In this document: positions 20,878 to 29,950 of the stretch, piece after piece
Layout of the letters: each line of letters opens with the position of its first letter
Position numbering within the stretch: the first letter of the stretch is position 1
NCBI GenBank assembly: GCA_964543075.1
Contig: CAZIVT010000003.1
Coordinates: 1 to 60,640, forward strand
Source of the DNA: an uncultured Candidatus Saccharibacteria bacterium
Lineage (GTDB): Bacteria > Patescibacteriota > Minisyncoccia > Phycocordibacterales > PALSA-1337
Length of the DNA stretch: 60,640 nucleotides
Direction of reading: 5' to 3'
Translations under genes and position numbers: made by a program
Notes under the pieces: generated by a model
What the model saw: the letters and a program-made list of their open reading frames with translations, nothing else
What the model was told of the DNA's origin: nothing
Databases searched by the model: none

Positions 20878-20972
20878 CCACTCAGCTATCCCCACTACGC
20901 TCTCGCATGACCTGTGCGGCTGGGGTAAAATGATGAGGTACATTACCCCACCTCATTAACTTTTTTGCGTAT

Positions 20973-22085
20973 ATGAAAAAATACATCTGGAGCATCGCTG
21001 TCCTCGCAATCGCAGCTGTCGTCGTCGCTTCGGTCGGTGCGCATGCACAGACTTCCAACCGCGATTTGAGCGGCTGGGCCTGGTCGTCCAATATCGGCTG
21101 GGTCAGTTTCAACTCAGAAAATCCTGGTGCCAATCCCTCAGGGACTGGTGCCGCGTATAAGGTTCAAATAGAGCCTGATGGTGATCTCGTCGGTTGGGCC
21201 TGGTCGTCCAATATCGGCTGGATCAAGTTCGGCGATCTCCCTGGCCATCCTCCGATCAATGGCGTCGGATCGCGAGTCGATGGCAATAGCGTGACTGGAT
21301 GGATTCGTGCCTGTGCAGGTACCATCAACAATGATTGCAACAGCGCTACGAGGACTGATGGGTGGGATGGATGGATCAACTTGTCCGAGGGATCATCAGG
21401 ATCGATATATCCTACCAATATCAGCGGTTTTGGTGGCGTGACGTATGTAGAAAATTCTGGCGTAGGTCATTTCAAGGGCTATGCCTGGGGAGGCGATGTC
21501 GTCGGTTGGCTCAAGTTCGACCCGACAGCCACTGCCGATGACGTCAATGTCAATGATGGGGGAGGTGAGCCATCTTTCACGCTTTCTGCATCGCCATCGA
21601 ACATCGAGACAGGGGACTACACCACCATCATCTGGAACAAGAGCCATATCGACAGCTGTTCAGTCACGTCAGGGGCGTCCTACTGGTCTCAAGTCAATCA
21701 GGTGAGCGGCGGCACATATCAATCTGGTCAAAGCGGATCGGGAACTATATCATTTGGAACTGCTGGATCATACACGATGGGACTGTCTTGTGACCCTGAA
21801 GACCCATCTGATGCTGAAATATCTCGCTCTGTCACTATCACAGTCAGCGACCCTGCCGCACTCTCCTGCGTCCAGCCGACCCGATCTATCCAGTGTTCAG
21901 ATACGGTAGAACCTATCGGTGACGCGATATTCAACTTCGGCACAGTCCCGGATGGGACCCCGGTGACTACTGTCGTTGAGTCATGTCCGATAGATGTAGG
22001 GACGTATTACTGCAACTACGTCTGTCAACCCGGCTACAAGAAGCAGGGCAACAAGTGCGTGAGCAGTAGCCTCCAGGAGATCTGA
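20973..22085 (+). CDS. Secreted CPR-type surface protein with GWAWSSNIGW repeats and Cys-rich C-terminus
   Basis: Signal peptide; GWAWSSNIGW twice, plus GYAWGGDVVGW. Confidence 0.8.
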   Translation: MKKYIWSIAVLAIAAVVVASVGAHAQTSNRDLSGWAWSSNIGWVSFNSENPGANPSGTGAAYKVQIEPDGDLVGWAWSSNIGWIKFGDLPGHPPINGVGSRVDGNSVTGWIRACAGTINNDCNSATRTDGWDGWINLSEGSSGSIYPTNISGFGGVTYVENSGVGHFKGYAWGGDVVGWLKFDPTATADDVNVNDGGGEPSFTLSASPSNIETGDYTTIIWNKSHIDSCSVTSGASYWSQVNQVSGGTYQSGQSGSGTISFGTAGSYTMGLSCDPEDPSDAEISRSVTITVSDPAALSCVQPTRSIQCSDTVEPIGDAIFNFGTVPDGTPVTTVVESCPIDVGTYYCNYVCQPGYKKQGNKCVSSSLQEI

Positions 22086-22580
22086 TCAAGATCTACCATG
22101 CTTCCGAGCCGCCTCGAGCGCTTCGCGCTCCTCATCAGACAGCTCATACGATGACTCATGGTTCGAGACCGGCTTGGAGAAGACGCTGACGTGATCTCGG
22201 GCATACAAGCTGGAGATGATCACGCCATCGCCCTCTTCGTTGACGATGGCTGTGGCGAAGCTCTGATTGCCTCCGCCACCTGTGCCCTTGAATGGGTTGA
22301 AGCGCACGGTATGTATCGAGCGTGCGCCGGTGCGGAGGCGCTTCTCGACCCCGGAGAGGTATGATTCGAGCTCGCCGCGGAACGACTGCAGGTCGGCGAG
22401 TCCTCGAGAGATATGTGTGAGCGAATCGCCGATATGATGGGCATCGATGTGCACGAGGAACCGGCGGAGCTTGAGGTGCATCCACACGACAAGACCGAGC
22501 AGGATGAGCGTGGCGACGCACAGGACGACGAACCCCATGAGCAGAGGTTGGGCGGCTATGGACGAGAGAGATGAGGTCAT
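22086..22580 (-). CDS. DUF4446 family protein
   Basis: N-terminal TM; VRFNPFKGTGGGGNQSFATA...GVIISSLYAR. Start 22580 from TATACT 6 nt upstream. Confidence 0.88.
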   Translation of the reverse strand: MTSSLSSIAAQPLLMGFVVLCVATLILLGLVVWMHLKLRRFLVHIDAHHIGDSLTHISRGLADLQSFRGELESYLSGVEKRLRTGARSIHTVRFNPFKGTGGGGNQSFATAIVNEEGDGVIISSLYARDHVSVFSKPVSNHESSYELSDEEREALEAARKHGRS

Positions 22581-22684
22581 GGCACTAGTATATATCGAAA
22601 CCTGCCAATCGGACAATTTGAAGTGTCACAAGATCTGGTGTATATTCTTGCCCAGACGATGTTCAACCTCAACTACTAGATATC

Positions 22685-22870
22685 ATGAATGTCACGACCG
22701 TCGGATGTTTCAGGATCGCGTGGTACATGGGATTCTTCTGTACCATCGAGGTCATCATCCCTGAAGAGGAAGCTCCTTCCGATCACCTCCAGGGGGAATT
22801 CGGCGCCGACACGGCCGGATCATCCTGGTTGCACGGACTGCGGTTGCCAGCCGCTCGGTCGGCGTGGTAA
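22685..22870 (+). CDS. Possible small hypothetical protein
   Basis: 61-aa ORF followed by the terminator AACCGCCGCATCT..AGATGTGGCGGTTTTT; no family recognised. Confidence 0.3.
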   Translation: MNVTTVGCFRIAWYMGFFCTIEVIIPEEEAPSDHLQGEFGADTAGSSWLHGLRLPAARSAW

Positions 22871-22927
22871 CATATAACCGCCGCATCTACCCAGATGTGG
22901 CGGTTTTTCAATTTCAAAACACATAGT

Positions 22928-22956
22928 TTGACTCTGTCAACTTTTTAGCATAGGAT
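22928..22956 (+). promoter_or_regulatory. Sigma70 promoter; leaderless start of the cysteine desulfurase gene
   Basis: TTGACT-N17-TAGGAT, ATG 6 nt downstream. Confidence 0.75.
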
Positions 22957-22962
22957 GAGCGC

Positions 22963-24267
22963 ATGTTCAGAGACCTATTCAGAAAGCGCGTCTATCTCGA
23001 CTATGCCGCGCTGACGCCGATCGATCCGCGTGTCGTCCGAGAGATGGCGGCGTATTCGACGATCACGTATGGCAATCCGTCCGCTCTCTATCGCGAAGGC
23101 GTCGCCGCTCGCGCGGCGGTCGATGGCGCGCGCGCATCGGTAGCCGGTTTCATCCATGCTCATCCAGATGAGATCGTGTTCACCAGCGGCGGGACGGAGG
23201 CCAACGCTCTGGCGCTCGAAGGTGCGGTGCGAGCGGCTCGCACGAGCGGTATCGATCGCCCGCACATCGTCGTCTCGGTCGTCGAGCACTCGTCGATATC
23301 GGAGACGGCCGAGAAGCTCGAGGTTGATGGATGTGATGTGTCGCGCATCTCTGTCGACCGTTCAGGCATCGTCGATCTCGATGAGCTCGAGAAGGCGATC
23401 GGCGAGCATACGGTCATCGTATCCATCCAGATGGTCAACAATGAGACGGGCGTCATCCAGCCGATCAAGGAGATCGCCAAGATCATCAGGAACGCACGGA
23501 AGCGATCCGGCGATCCGGCAGAGGGACCATCCAGGGATGGATCCACTCGGTCGAACTATCCATTGCTCCATACCGATGCCGCGCAGGCGCTGTATCAGGA
23601 GATATCCGTCGAAAAGCTGGGCATCGACCTGTTGACGCTCGATGCGAGCAAGATGTATGGGCCGCGCGGGATCGGGTGTCTCTATGTGAAGCGACGCACT
23701 CCCATCGAGCCGATCATCCGAGGGGGAGGGCAGGAGAGGGGATTCAGATCAGGCACGGAGAATGTTCCGGCGATGATGGGCTTCGCCAAGGCGGTGGACA
23801 TCCTGAAGATTGATCTCGCCCATGGCGGGATTGACCCCGCCTGTGGCGGGGTTGAAAGATTGAAAGAAGGAAAGATTGAAGGATCAAGAGGAGGATTACA
23901 CAAAGGGACAGTTGGACGGCTGCAAGGATTAAAGGATGAAATGATTGAAGGACTCAAAAAGATCAGTCCGGACATCGTCGTGAACGGGGAAGGGGCTGTC
24001 GTATCCCCGCACATTCTAAATGTCTCGATCCCCGGTATGAATCCTGCCGATGGTGGGATAGATAATGAGCTTTTCGTCTTGAGGCTCGATGCCAAGGGGA
24101 TCGCATGTTCGACCAGGAGTTCATGCCTTCGTGACGAAGATGAATCATATGTCCTTCGGGCGATGGGGGTGGATGGTCGTGCATCAGTCAGATTTTCATT
24201 TGGGCGATGGACGACGATGAAAGACATCAGGAGGGCGCTTGCGGCGGTAGAACGTAGTCGTTTTTGA
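22963..24267 (+). CDS. Cysteine desulfurase (IscS/NifS class V aminotransferase) with in-frame insertions
   Basis: VYLDYAALTP, FTSGGTEAN, HTDAAQ, DASKMYGP, RSGTEN, CSTRSSC. Confidence 0.92.
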   Translation: MFRDLFRKRVYLDYAALTPIDPRVVREMAAYSTITYGNPSALYREGVAARAAVDGARASVAGFIHAHPDEIVFTSGGTEANALALEGAVRAARTSGIDRPHIVVSVVEHSSISETAEKLEVDGCDVSRISVDRSGIVDLDELEKAIGEHTVIVSIQMVNNETGVIQPIKEIAKIIRNARKRSGDPAEGPSRDGSTRSNYPLLHTDAAQALYQEISVEKLGIDLLTLDASKMYGPRGIGCLYVKRRTPIEPIIRGGGQERGFRSGTENVPAMMGFAKAVDILKIDLAHGGIDPACGGVERLKEGKIEGSRGGLHKGTVGRLQGLKDEMIEGLKKISPDIVVNGEGAVVSPHILNVSIPGMNPADGGIDNELFVLRLDAKGIACSTRSSCLRDEDESYVLRAMGVDGRASVRFSFGRWTTMKDIRRALAAVERSRF

Positions 24268-24339
24268 AGATGTATGGGAGCTTACGTGTCCGCTACTTGT
24301 GCTTTTTCGTTCATTCTGCTACTATTCGACGACCCAATC

Positions 24340-24759
24340 ATGTTGACCATCCGCCTACAGCGCACGGGCCGCAAACACGAACCGACGTTCCGTGTCGTAT
24401 TGACCGATTCCAAGAATGGCCCCAAGAGCGGCAAATATCTCAAGATCCTCGGCTCATATGATTCTCGTATCGACAACAAGCCCAGCCAGATGGACACAGA
24501 GGCTATCAAGCACTGGATCTCCAAGGGTGCCCAGCCGTCTGTGACGCTCCACAATTTCCTCGTCTCCAATAAAGTCATCTCCGGCACCAAGATCAACGCC
24601 CTGCCCAAGAAGACTCCCATCAAAAAGGAGGTCTCTCCTGAGGAAGCGGCTGCTGCAGTAGCTCCTGCAGAGATCGCACCTGCCGCAGCCGCTCCGGCTG
24701 AAGCTGCGCCCGTTACTCCTGCTACAGAGGAGAAGCCGACCGAGGCTCCCGCTCAGTAG
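24340..24759 (+). CDS. rpsP: 30S ribosomal protein S16 with Ala/Pro/Glu-rich tail
   Basis: MLTIRLQRTGRKHEPTFRVV...GAQPSVT. Confidence 0.96.
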   Translation: MLTIRLQRTGRKHEPTFRVVLTDSKNGPKSGKYLKILGSYDSRIDNKPSQMDTEAIKHWISKGAQPSVTLHNFLVSNKVISGTKINALPKKTPIKKEVSPEEAAAAVAPAEIAPAAAAPAEAAPVTPATEEKPTEAPAQ

Positions 24760-24946
24760 TCAGACCACGATGCATATTGATATGTGATGCACCCGCGCCC
24801 TACGCGGCTTTTTGTTTATCCTGACGGCGGTATACAATACCCTGTATCGGGCCTCGGTGGATTGAATTCGAGCATGGTTGCCTTCCCGGTCGCCTCTGAT
24901 ATGATGAGCTCATAACAGTACGATTGCCAAGATAACAATCCCTCAT

Positions 24947-25822
24947 ATGAAGAAAACCTCTGCCAAAGCAGCTCCTCCGACCGACGCCGTGCTCCGCCAG
25001 ACGATCGCGCCCAAGACATTCCATTTCATCGCTGGCTTGCCACGGAGCGGCTCGACCCTGCTCTGCAACATCCTGGCGCAGAATCCGCGCTTCCATGTCA
25101 CAGGCACGTCGGGGATCATGGATGTGATGTTCGGTGTCAGGAATCAGTGGAACAATCTCGTCGAATTCAAAGCCGCTCCCAATCCGGATGGCGAGCTACG
25201 GGTGCTTCGCGGCATCTTGCACAACTATTATGCCGATACGGACAAGCCGGTCGTCTTCGACAAATGCCGCGGCTGGCTGTCGCTCCTGGAGATGGCCGAG
25301 GCCGTGCTCGGGCGCAAGGCCAAAGTCCTCGTACCTGTTCGTGACGTGCGCGATGTGCTGGCGTCATTCGAGAAGCTCTGGCGCAAGACAGCCGCGACCA
25401 AGCAGGTCGCGCAGGAGTCGGCGAGCTATTTCCAGTTCCAGACGGTGGAGGGGAGGACGGAGATGTGGATGCGCTCCGATCAGCCGGTAGGCTTGGCGTA
25501 CAATCGTATCAAAGACGCGCTGGCGCGCGGTTATGGGGATCGGATGTTCTTGGTTGATTTTGATGATCTGACGACTGATCCAGAGGGGACGATGAAGCGC
25601 GTTTATGGGTTCCTTGGAGAAGATTCGTATCCGCATGATTTCGATCATGTGGATCAAGTGACTCACGAGGACGATTCCGTGCATGGGTTCGTCAATCTGC
25701 ACACGATCAGATCCAAGGTAGAACCGATGTCTCCGCAGTGGCCGACGGTGCTCGGTCAGTTCGCCGATCGATATGCCCAGCTCAATTTTTGGAAGCGCAT
25801 GCCGCGTAACAATCGCGGATGA
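24947..25822 (+). CDS. Sulfotransferase family protein
   Basis: 5'-PSB motif GLPRSGSTLL; FDKCR; VRDVRDVLASF. Confidence 0.88.
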   Translation: MKKTSAKAAPPTDAVLRQTIAPKTFHFIAGLPRSGSTLLCNILAQNPRFHVTGTSGIMDVMFGVRNQWNNLVEFKAAPNPDGELRVLRGILHNYYADTDKPVVFDKCRGWLSLLEMAEAVLGRKAKVLVPVRDVRDVLASFEKLWRKTAATKQVAQESASYFQFQTVEGRTEMWMRSDQPVGLAYNRIKDALARGYGDRMFLVDFDDLTTDPEGTMKRVYGFLGEDSYPHDFDHVDQVTHEDDSVHGFVNLHTIRSKVEPMSPQWPTVLGQFADRYAQLNFWKRMPRNNRG

Positions 25823-25849
25823 TCTTCACCCTCCACTCATCTGGATATA

Positions 25850-25945
25850 CCCCCACACGACACGACATCCCCTCCGCGACCTGCGGAACTCGCTTCGCTC
25901 AGAAGACATCCTCGATCACTTCGAGGATGTCATGTCGTGTGGTGA
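25850..25945. repeat. Nested inverted repeat containing a family-2 repeat
   Basis: CCACACGAC/GTCGTGTGG outer stem; GACATCCTCGA/TCGAGGATGTC inner hairpin; family-2 22-mer at 25872-25893. Confidence 0.7.
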
Positions 25946-25998
25946 TACGTCTGCACTTATCCACTCGCCTCATATTCTCACTATGGTATCATTAAGCC

Positions 25999-28971
25999 AT
26001 GAAACCTGATTCATCTCGGTCATTCCTGCATAGCAAACCTTTCACCTACCTCGCGCTCTCCGCCCTCATCCTCAAGGCGTTCGTCTCCACCGATCGAGCC
26101 GTACCTCCGGCGGCCCCCATCTCACGCGCCGACGATCCCAACACCCGCTCCATATCCACACTCCCCATCCCGTCTCGTACCTACCCGGGTCTCCTCTCCA
26201 TACCCACTGCCCATGCCGCGGAAGGGGATGAGGTCATCCCCCAGCGTTCTCTCTTGGCCGCCGTCGGAGACGGCGTCAAGTCCGTCTGGGGTCGCTTCAC
26301 TGCGCTTTTCACCCCGCGTACCGTCTCAGAGGTCGTCACTGAGGACATCCTGCCATATCCGACCGCTCCCGTCATCCCGGCCACATCCACCGAGCCTGTC
26401 ATCGTCAGAGAATACGTCCCCACTCCCGTCCAGCAGATCCCCGTCTTCACCGGCCTCACCTACGCCGACGTCGATCGTCGTATCGCGGCCGCCCTCGCCT
26501 CCATCCCTCAGGGCACCGCCTCCGTCGATCTCACTCCTGTCTATGACTACATCAGGAGACAGGCCAATGTCACGGCCGAATCAGCATCCCGCAATTCCAA
26601 GGGCATCGCCGAAGACACCGTCACCGACGGCTCCCAGTGTTTATCGGCCATATCCCTCTCCCTCACCACCCCTCTTGCCGTTTCCTCGGGAGGCACCGGT
26701 ACCTCCACCTCCGCCTATGGCAAGCTCCTCCTCGGCAATGCCACCGGAGGCTACAACCTCGTCGCCACCTCATCCCTGGGTATCTCCGGGGGGGGCTTCG
26801 ATGTGAGTGAGCTCAATACGCTGGCTACGATCGCAGTAGGTGACTCCAATGTCGTCTCAGGTATCTATGCGAGTGCGTTTGGGTACAACAACACCGCTTC
26901 AGGTCAAAACTCCTCCGCCTCTGGTTACCTCAACACCGCTTCAGGTGATTTCTCCTCCGCCTTTGGCTTCAACAACACCGCTTCAGGTCAAAACTCCTCC
27001 GCCTCTGGCTTCTACAACACCGCTTCATGTCTAGGCTCCTCCGCCTCTGGTTACTCCAACACCGCTTCAGGATACTACTCCTCCGCCTTTGGCTTCAACA
27101 ACACCGCTTCAGGTCAAAGCTCCTCCGCCTTTGGCTTCTACAACACCGCTTCAGATAGTCTCTCCTCCGCCTTTGGCTACTACAACACCGCTTCAGGATA
27201 CTACTCCTCCGCCTTTGGCTACCGCAACACCGCTTCAGGGTATTGCTCCTCCGCCTCTGGTTACCTCAACACCGCCGCCGCCCTCAACTCCTCCGCCTTC
27301 GGCCGCTCCAACTTCACCGGCACAGGTGGTCTGGCATCCATACAGGTAGGTGTGCTCAACAACTCTACAGGTGGGACGCTCAATACTACCACCGGTGCAA
27401 TTACAGGAACACCGTCCGCCTGCACCACGGTGGGTAGACTGACCACGGCTGTGGGTGTGTGCAACAAGACGGCAGGTAATCTTGCGAGTGCGTTTGGGTA
27501 CAACAACACCGCTTCAGGGTATCGCTCCTCCGCCTTTGGCTCCCGCAACACCGCTTCAGGGTGTCTCTCCTCCGCCTCTGGTTACCTCAACACCGCTTCA
27601 GGTCAAAACTCCTCCGCCTCTGGTTACCTCAACACCGCTTCAGGTCAAAACTCCTCCGCCTTTGGCTACTACAACACCGCTTCAGGGTGTCTCTCCTCCG
27701 CCTTTGGCTACTACAACACCGCTTCAGGGTGTCTCTCCTCCGCCTTCGGATCCTGCTTCACCAATGCCACCAGCTCCTCAGTAGCCATAGGCACCTGTGG
27801 AGGCTGGCTCAACGTCCAATCGAACGGCTGTCTCACCACCGCCACCGGAGCCTATCTCACCACCGGAGGCACCTGGTCCAACGCGTCCTCGCGTGATCTC
27901 AAGGAAAACTTCACCACCCTCGATCCCCAGGACATCCTCTCCAAGATATCAGCCCTCCCCATCACGCGCTGGAACTACAAGATAGAGGATGACTCCGTCA
28001 CCCATATCGGACCTGTCGCCCAGGACTTCTACAACATCTTCAACACAGGCGGCTCCGATACCTCTATATCCACCATAGACCCCGCAGGTGTCGCCCTCCT
28101 CGGCATCCAGGGCCTCTCCACCCGTGTCGATCGTCTCAATGCCTCATCTACCGCTTCCACCCTGTCTCTGTCATCACTGTCCAAGAGCTTGGATGCGCAG
28201 AGGCTCAGCATCGAAGGTGTCCTGAATTCTGTCTCTTCTACCGCCTCTACGACTGCCGCCGCGATCGCCTCCTTGGATGTGAAGATAGGTCAATTGGCCG
28301 CACGGATAGGGGATATCGAATCCGGTGCGTCTACGACTACCGAGACGATCATCGTCCAGTCCGATGACCAGAGCATCATCTCCTACCTCGCCTCCTTCGG
28401 CGCGCGAGTCATAGATGGCGTCATCCACTTCGTCGATGTCGTCGTCGAGCGCCTCACGGTCGGATCGCTGACGATCAAGAATGAGGCCGATGTCAGCCAG
28501 ACCGGATTCGTCATCTATGATCGCGCCACCCATCGTCCCATCTGCGTCTATTTCGAGAACGGCGTGCAGAAGACTGCTCCAGGAGAATGTGACGACGAGG
28601 ATGTCGTCTCCGATGAAAACATCCCCGACGATACGAATAGTGCAGAAGAAGACGATCAACCGGACGTCGTCGATGGTGAAACAAAGGTGGACCAAGATAG
28701 CGATCAGGCCACTTCTACGCCTGCCGTACAGGAAGAGGCATCAACATCTGACGAGGAAGATGAACGAGCCGCTTCTGATCAAGAGCAGGGAACTGGCGAC
28801 ACCCAGGACAACTCCGAAGATGTCTCCGATGACCAGAATGTTCAAGCAGACGATCAAATAGCCGATGAATCCGTCGATACCCAAGAAGAGATTGTCGAAG
28901 ACGCAGAAACTCCTCCTGCCCAAGAAGAGTCTCCGTCTGCTGATGTGCAGGAAAACTCGGAAGGCAACTGA
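25999..28971 (+). CDS. Trimeric fibre/adhesin: N-terminal membrane/signal segment, YadA-head-like 14-aa repeats, S74 autocleaving chaperone, coiled coil, acidic tail
   Basis: 18 ASGxxSSA(F/S)GxxNT repeats; WSNASSRDLKEN...WNYK...HIGPVAQDF; D/E-rich last ~140 aa. Confidence 0.82.
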   Translation: MKPDSSRSFLHSKPFTYLALSALILKAFVSTDRAVPPAAPISRADDPNTRSISTLPIPSRTYPGLLSIPTAHAAEGDEVIPQRSLLAAVGDGVKSVWGRFTALFTPRTVSEVVTEDILPYPTAPVIPATSTEPVIVREYVPTPVQQIPVFTGLTYADVDRRIAAALASIPQGTASVDLTPVYDYIRRQANVTAESASRNSKGIAEDTVTDGSQCLSAISLSLTTPLAVSSGGTGTSTSAYGKLLLGNATGGYNLVATSSLGISGGGFDVSELNTLATIAVGDSNVVSGIYASAFGYNNTASGQNSSASGYLNTASGDFSSAFGFNNTASGQNSSASGFYNTASCLGSSASGYSNTASGYYSSAFGFNNTASGQSSSAFGFYNTASDSLSSAFGYYNTASGYYSSAFGYRNTASGYCSSASGYLNTAAALNSSAFGRSNFTGTGGLASIQVGVLNNSTGGTLNTTTGAITGTPSACTTVGRLTTAVGVCNKTAGNLASAFGYNNTASGYRSSAFGSRNTASGCLSSASGYLNTASGQNSSASGYLNTASGQNSSAFGYYNTASGCLSSAFGYYNTASGCLSSAFGSCFTNATSSSVAIGTCGGWLNVQSNGCLTTATGAYLTTGGTWSNASSRDLKENFTTLDPQDILSKISALPITRWNYKIEDDSVTHIGPVAQDFYNIFNTGGSDTSISTIDPAGVALLGIQGLSTRVDRLNASSTASTLSLSSLSKSLDAQRLSIEGVLNSVSSTASTTAAAIASLDVKIGQLAARIGDIESGASTTTETIIVQSDDQSIISYLASFGARVIDGVIHFVDVVVERLTVGSLTIKNEADVSQTGFVIYDRATHRPICVYFENGVQKTAPGECDDEDVVSDENIPDDTNSAEEDDQPDVVDGETKVDQDSDQATSTPAVQEEASTSDEEDERAASDQEQGTGDTQDNSEDVSDDQNVQADDQIADESVDTQEEIVEDAETPPAQEESPSADVQENSEGN
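26854..27762 (+). repeat. 42-nt coding tandem repeats (11 units 26854-27315, 7 units 27469-27762)
   Basis: Core ctcctccgcct.tgg.t.c..caacaccgcttcagg repeated in frame. Confidence 0.92.
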
Positions 28972-29014
28972 TACGCCTACCGAATCAGATAAAATATATA
29001 GATAAAGATGACGA

Positions 29015-29950
29015 TCAGGATGCGAGCAGGTCCTTGTCCATATAGGCGGTATGTTCCGTCAGCGAGTCGATGACGCGATCTGCGTCGAAGAGCTCGTCCA
29101 TGCTCGTCTCATAGGGATATTCCTCTGGTCGGCCGAGAATGTCATATCCGTCGGGCGACATGTCCAGTCGATGCCGGAACATCTCTGGTGCCTTGCAGAG
29201 CATGTTGTCATGCGCCGCATACCCGAAGACTGTCGGGCTGTTGGACATCCAGAGCACCGTGGAGGGCAGTTCAAAGGCGGCCGCAGTATGGTGTGCGAAC
29301 GAATCCATGAAGAGCCGCGCTGTCGAGAGTGTGACGGCGATCAGTGCCTGTCGGTGGCTCAAGGTGATGTATTCGGTTCCCGTGAGAGCTGGTTGGTCGG
29401 CGCGCCGCAGGTGGATCGTCCGGTAGCCGCGCGCGCTCATATGCTCGACTATTTGTTCCGCGAACGGGATAGAGATATCGCGCGCCCATGAGATCGGGTA
29501 GGGCTGTTGAGCGGCGCCTCCAGAGGTCTGTATCAGGAAGATGGGCTTTTTTGTCGGTGCGAGCACCTTCTTGACCATCGAGCGTTCGCGCGCCGTGAAA
29601 TAGAGCTCCGGCTTGGGACCGTCCCAGGGCACGCCGCAGAGACGGCACCAGATCTCCGTCAGATGGGCGCGTCGATACATATGATCAGCGGTCATGTATG
29701 GGTCGAGCCGTAGGATGAGCCTGGTATCGTCAGGATCATGGATGTACGTCGTGTAGAAGTCCGGTGTCGCCGTCACGTCGACGATCTCATCGACGCGCGG
29801 ATTGTGCAGCCAGACATCGCGATGAGGCGTCGTCACGGTGATGCGTGCATCGGGATATGCCTTGTCGAGCGCGCGTACCACAGCTGTGGCCATGATGTTC
29901 TTGCCCAGACCGCCGGCGATATTGAAGATGATATGCGAAGGAGTCTTCAT
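29015..29950 (-). CDS. Glycosyltransferase family 9-like protein
   Basis: GGLGKNIMATAVVRALDKAYPD; FMDSFAHHTAAAF. Confidence 0.75.
   Translation of the reverse strand: MKTPSHIIFNIAGGLGKNIMATAVVRALDKAYPDARITVTTPHRDVWLHNPRVDEIVDVTATPDFYTTYIHDPDDTRLILRLDPYMTADHMYRRAHLTEIWCRLCGVPWDGPKPELYFTARERSMVKKVLAPTKKPIFLIQTSGGAAQQPYPISWARDISIPFAEQIVEHMSARGYRTIHLRRADQPALTGTEYITLSHRQALIAVTLSTARLFMDSFAHHTAAAFELPSTVLWMSNSPTVFGYAAHDNMLCKAPEMFRHRLDMSPDGYDILGRPEEYPYETSMDELFDADRVIDSLTEHTAYMDKDLLAS

Noticed and set aside
18559-20943. Long antisense ORFs (18559-19533, 19888-20943; also 1205-2134, 33244-33948, 42902-43495)
   Set aside because: Shadows of highly biased GC-rich genes on the other strand; no recognisable motifs or start signals.
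26854-27762. CRISPR array
   Set aside because: Units are contiguous 42-nt in-frame coding repeats without unique spacers; no cas genes in the window.
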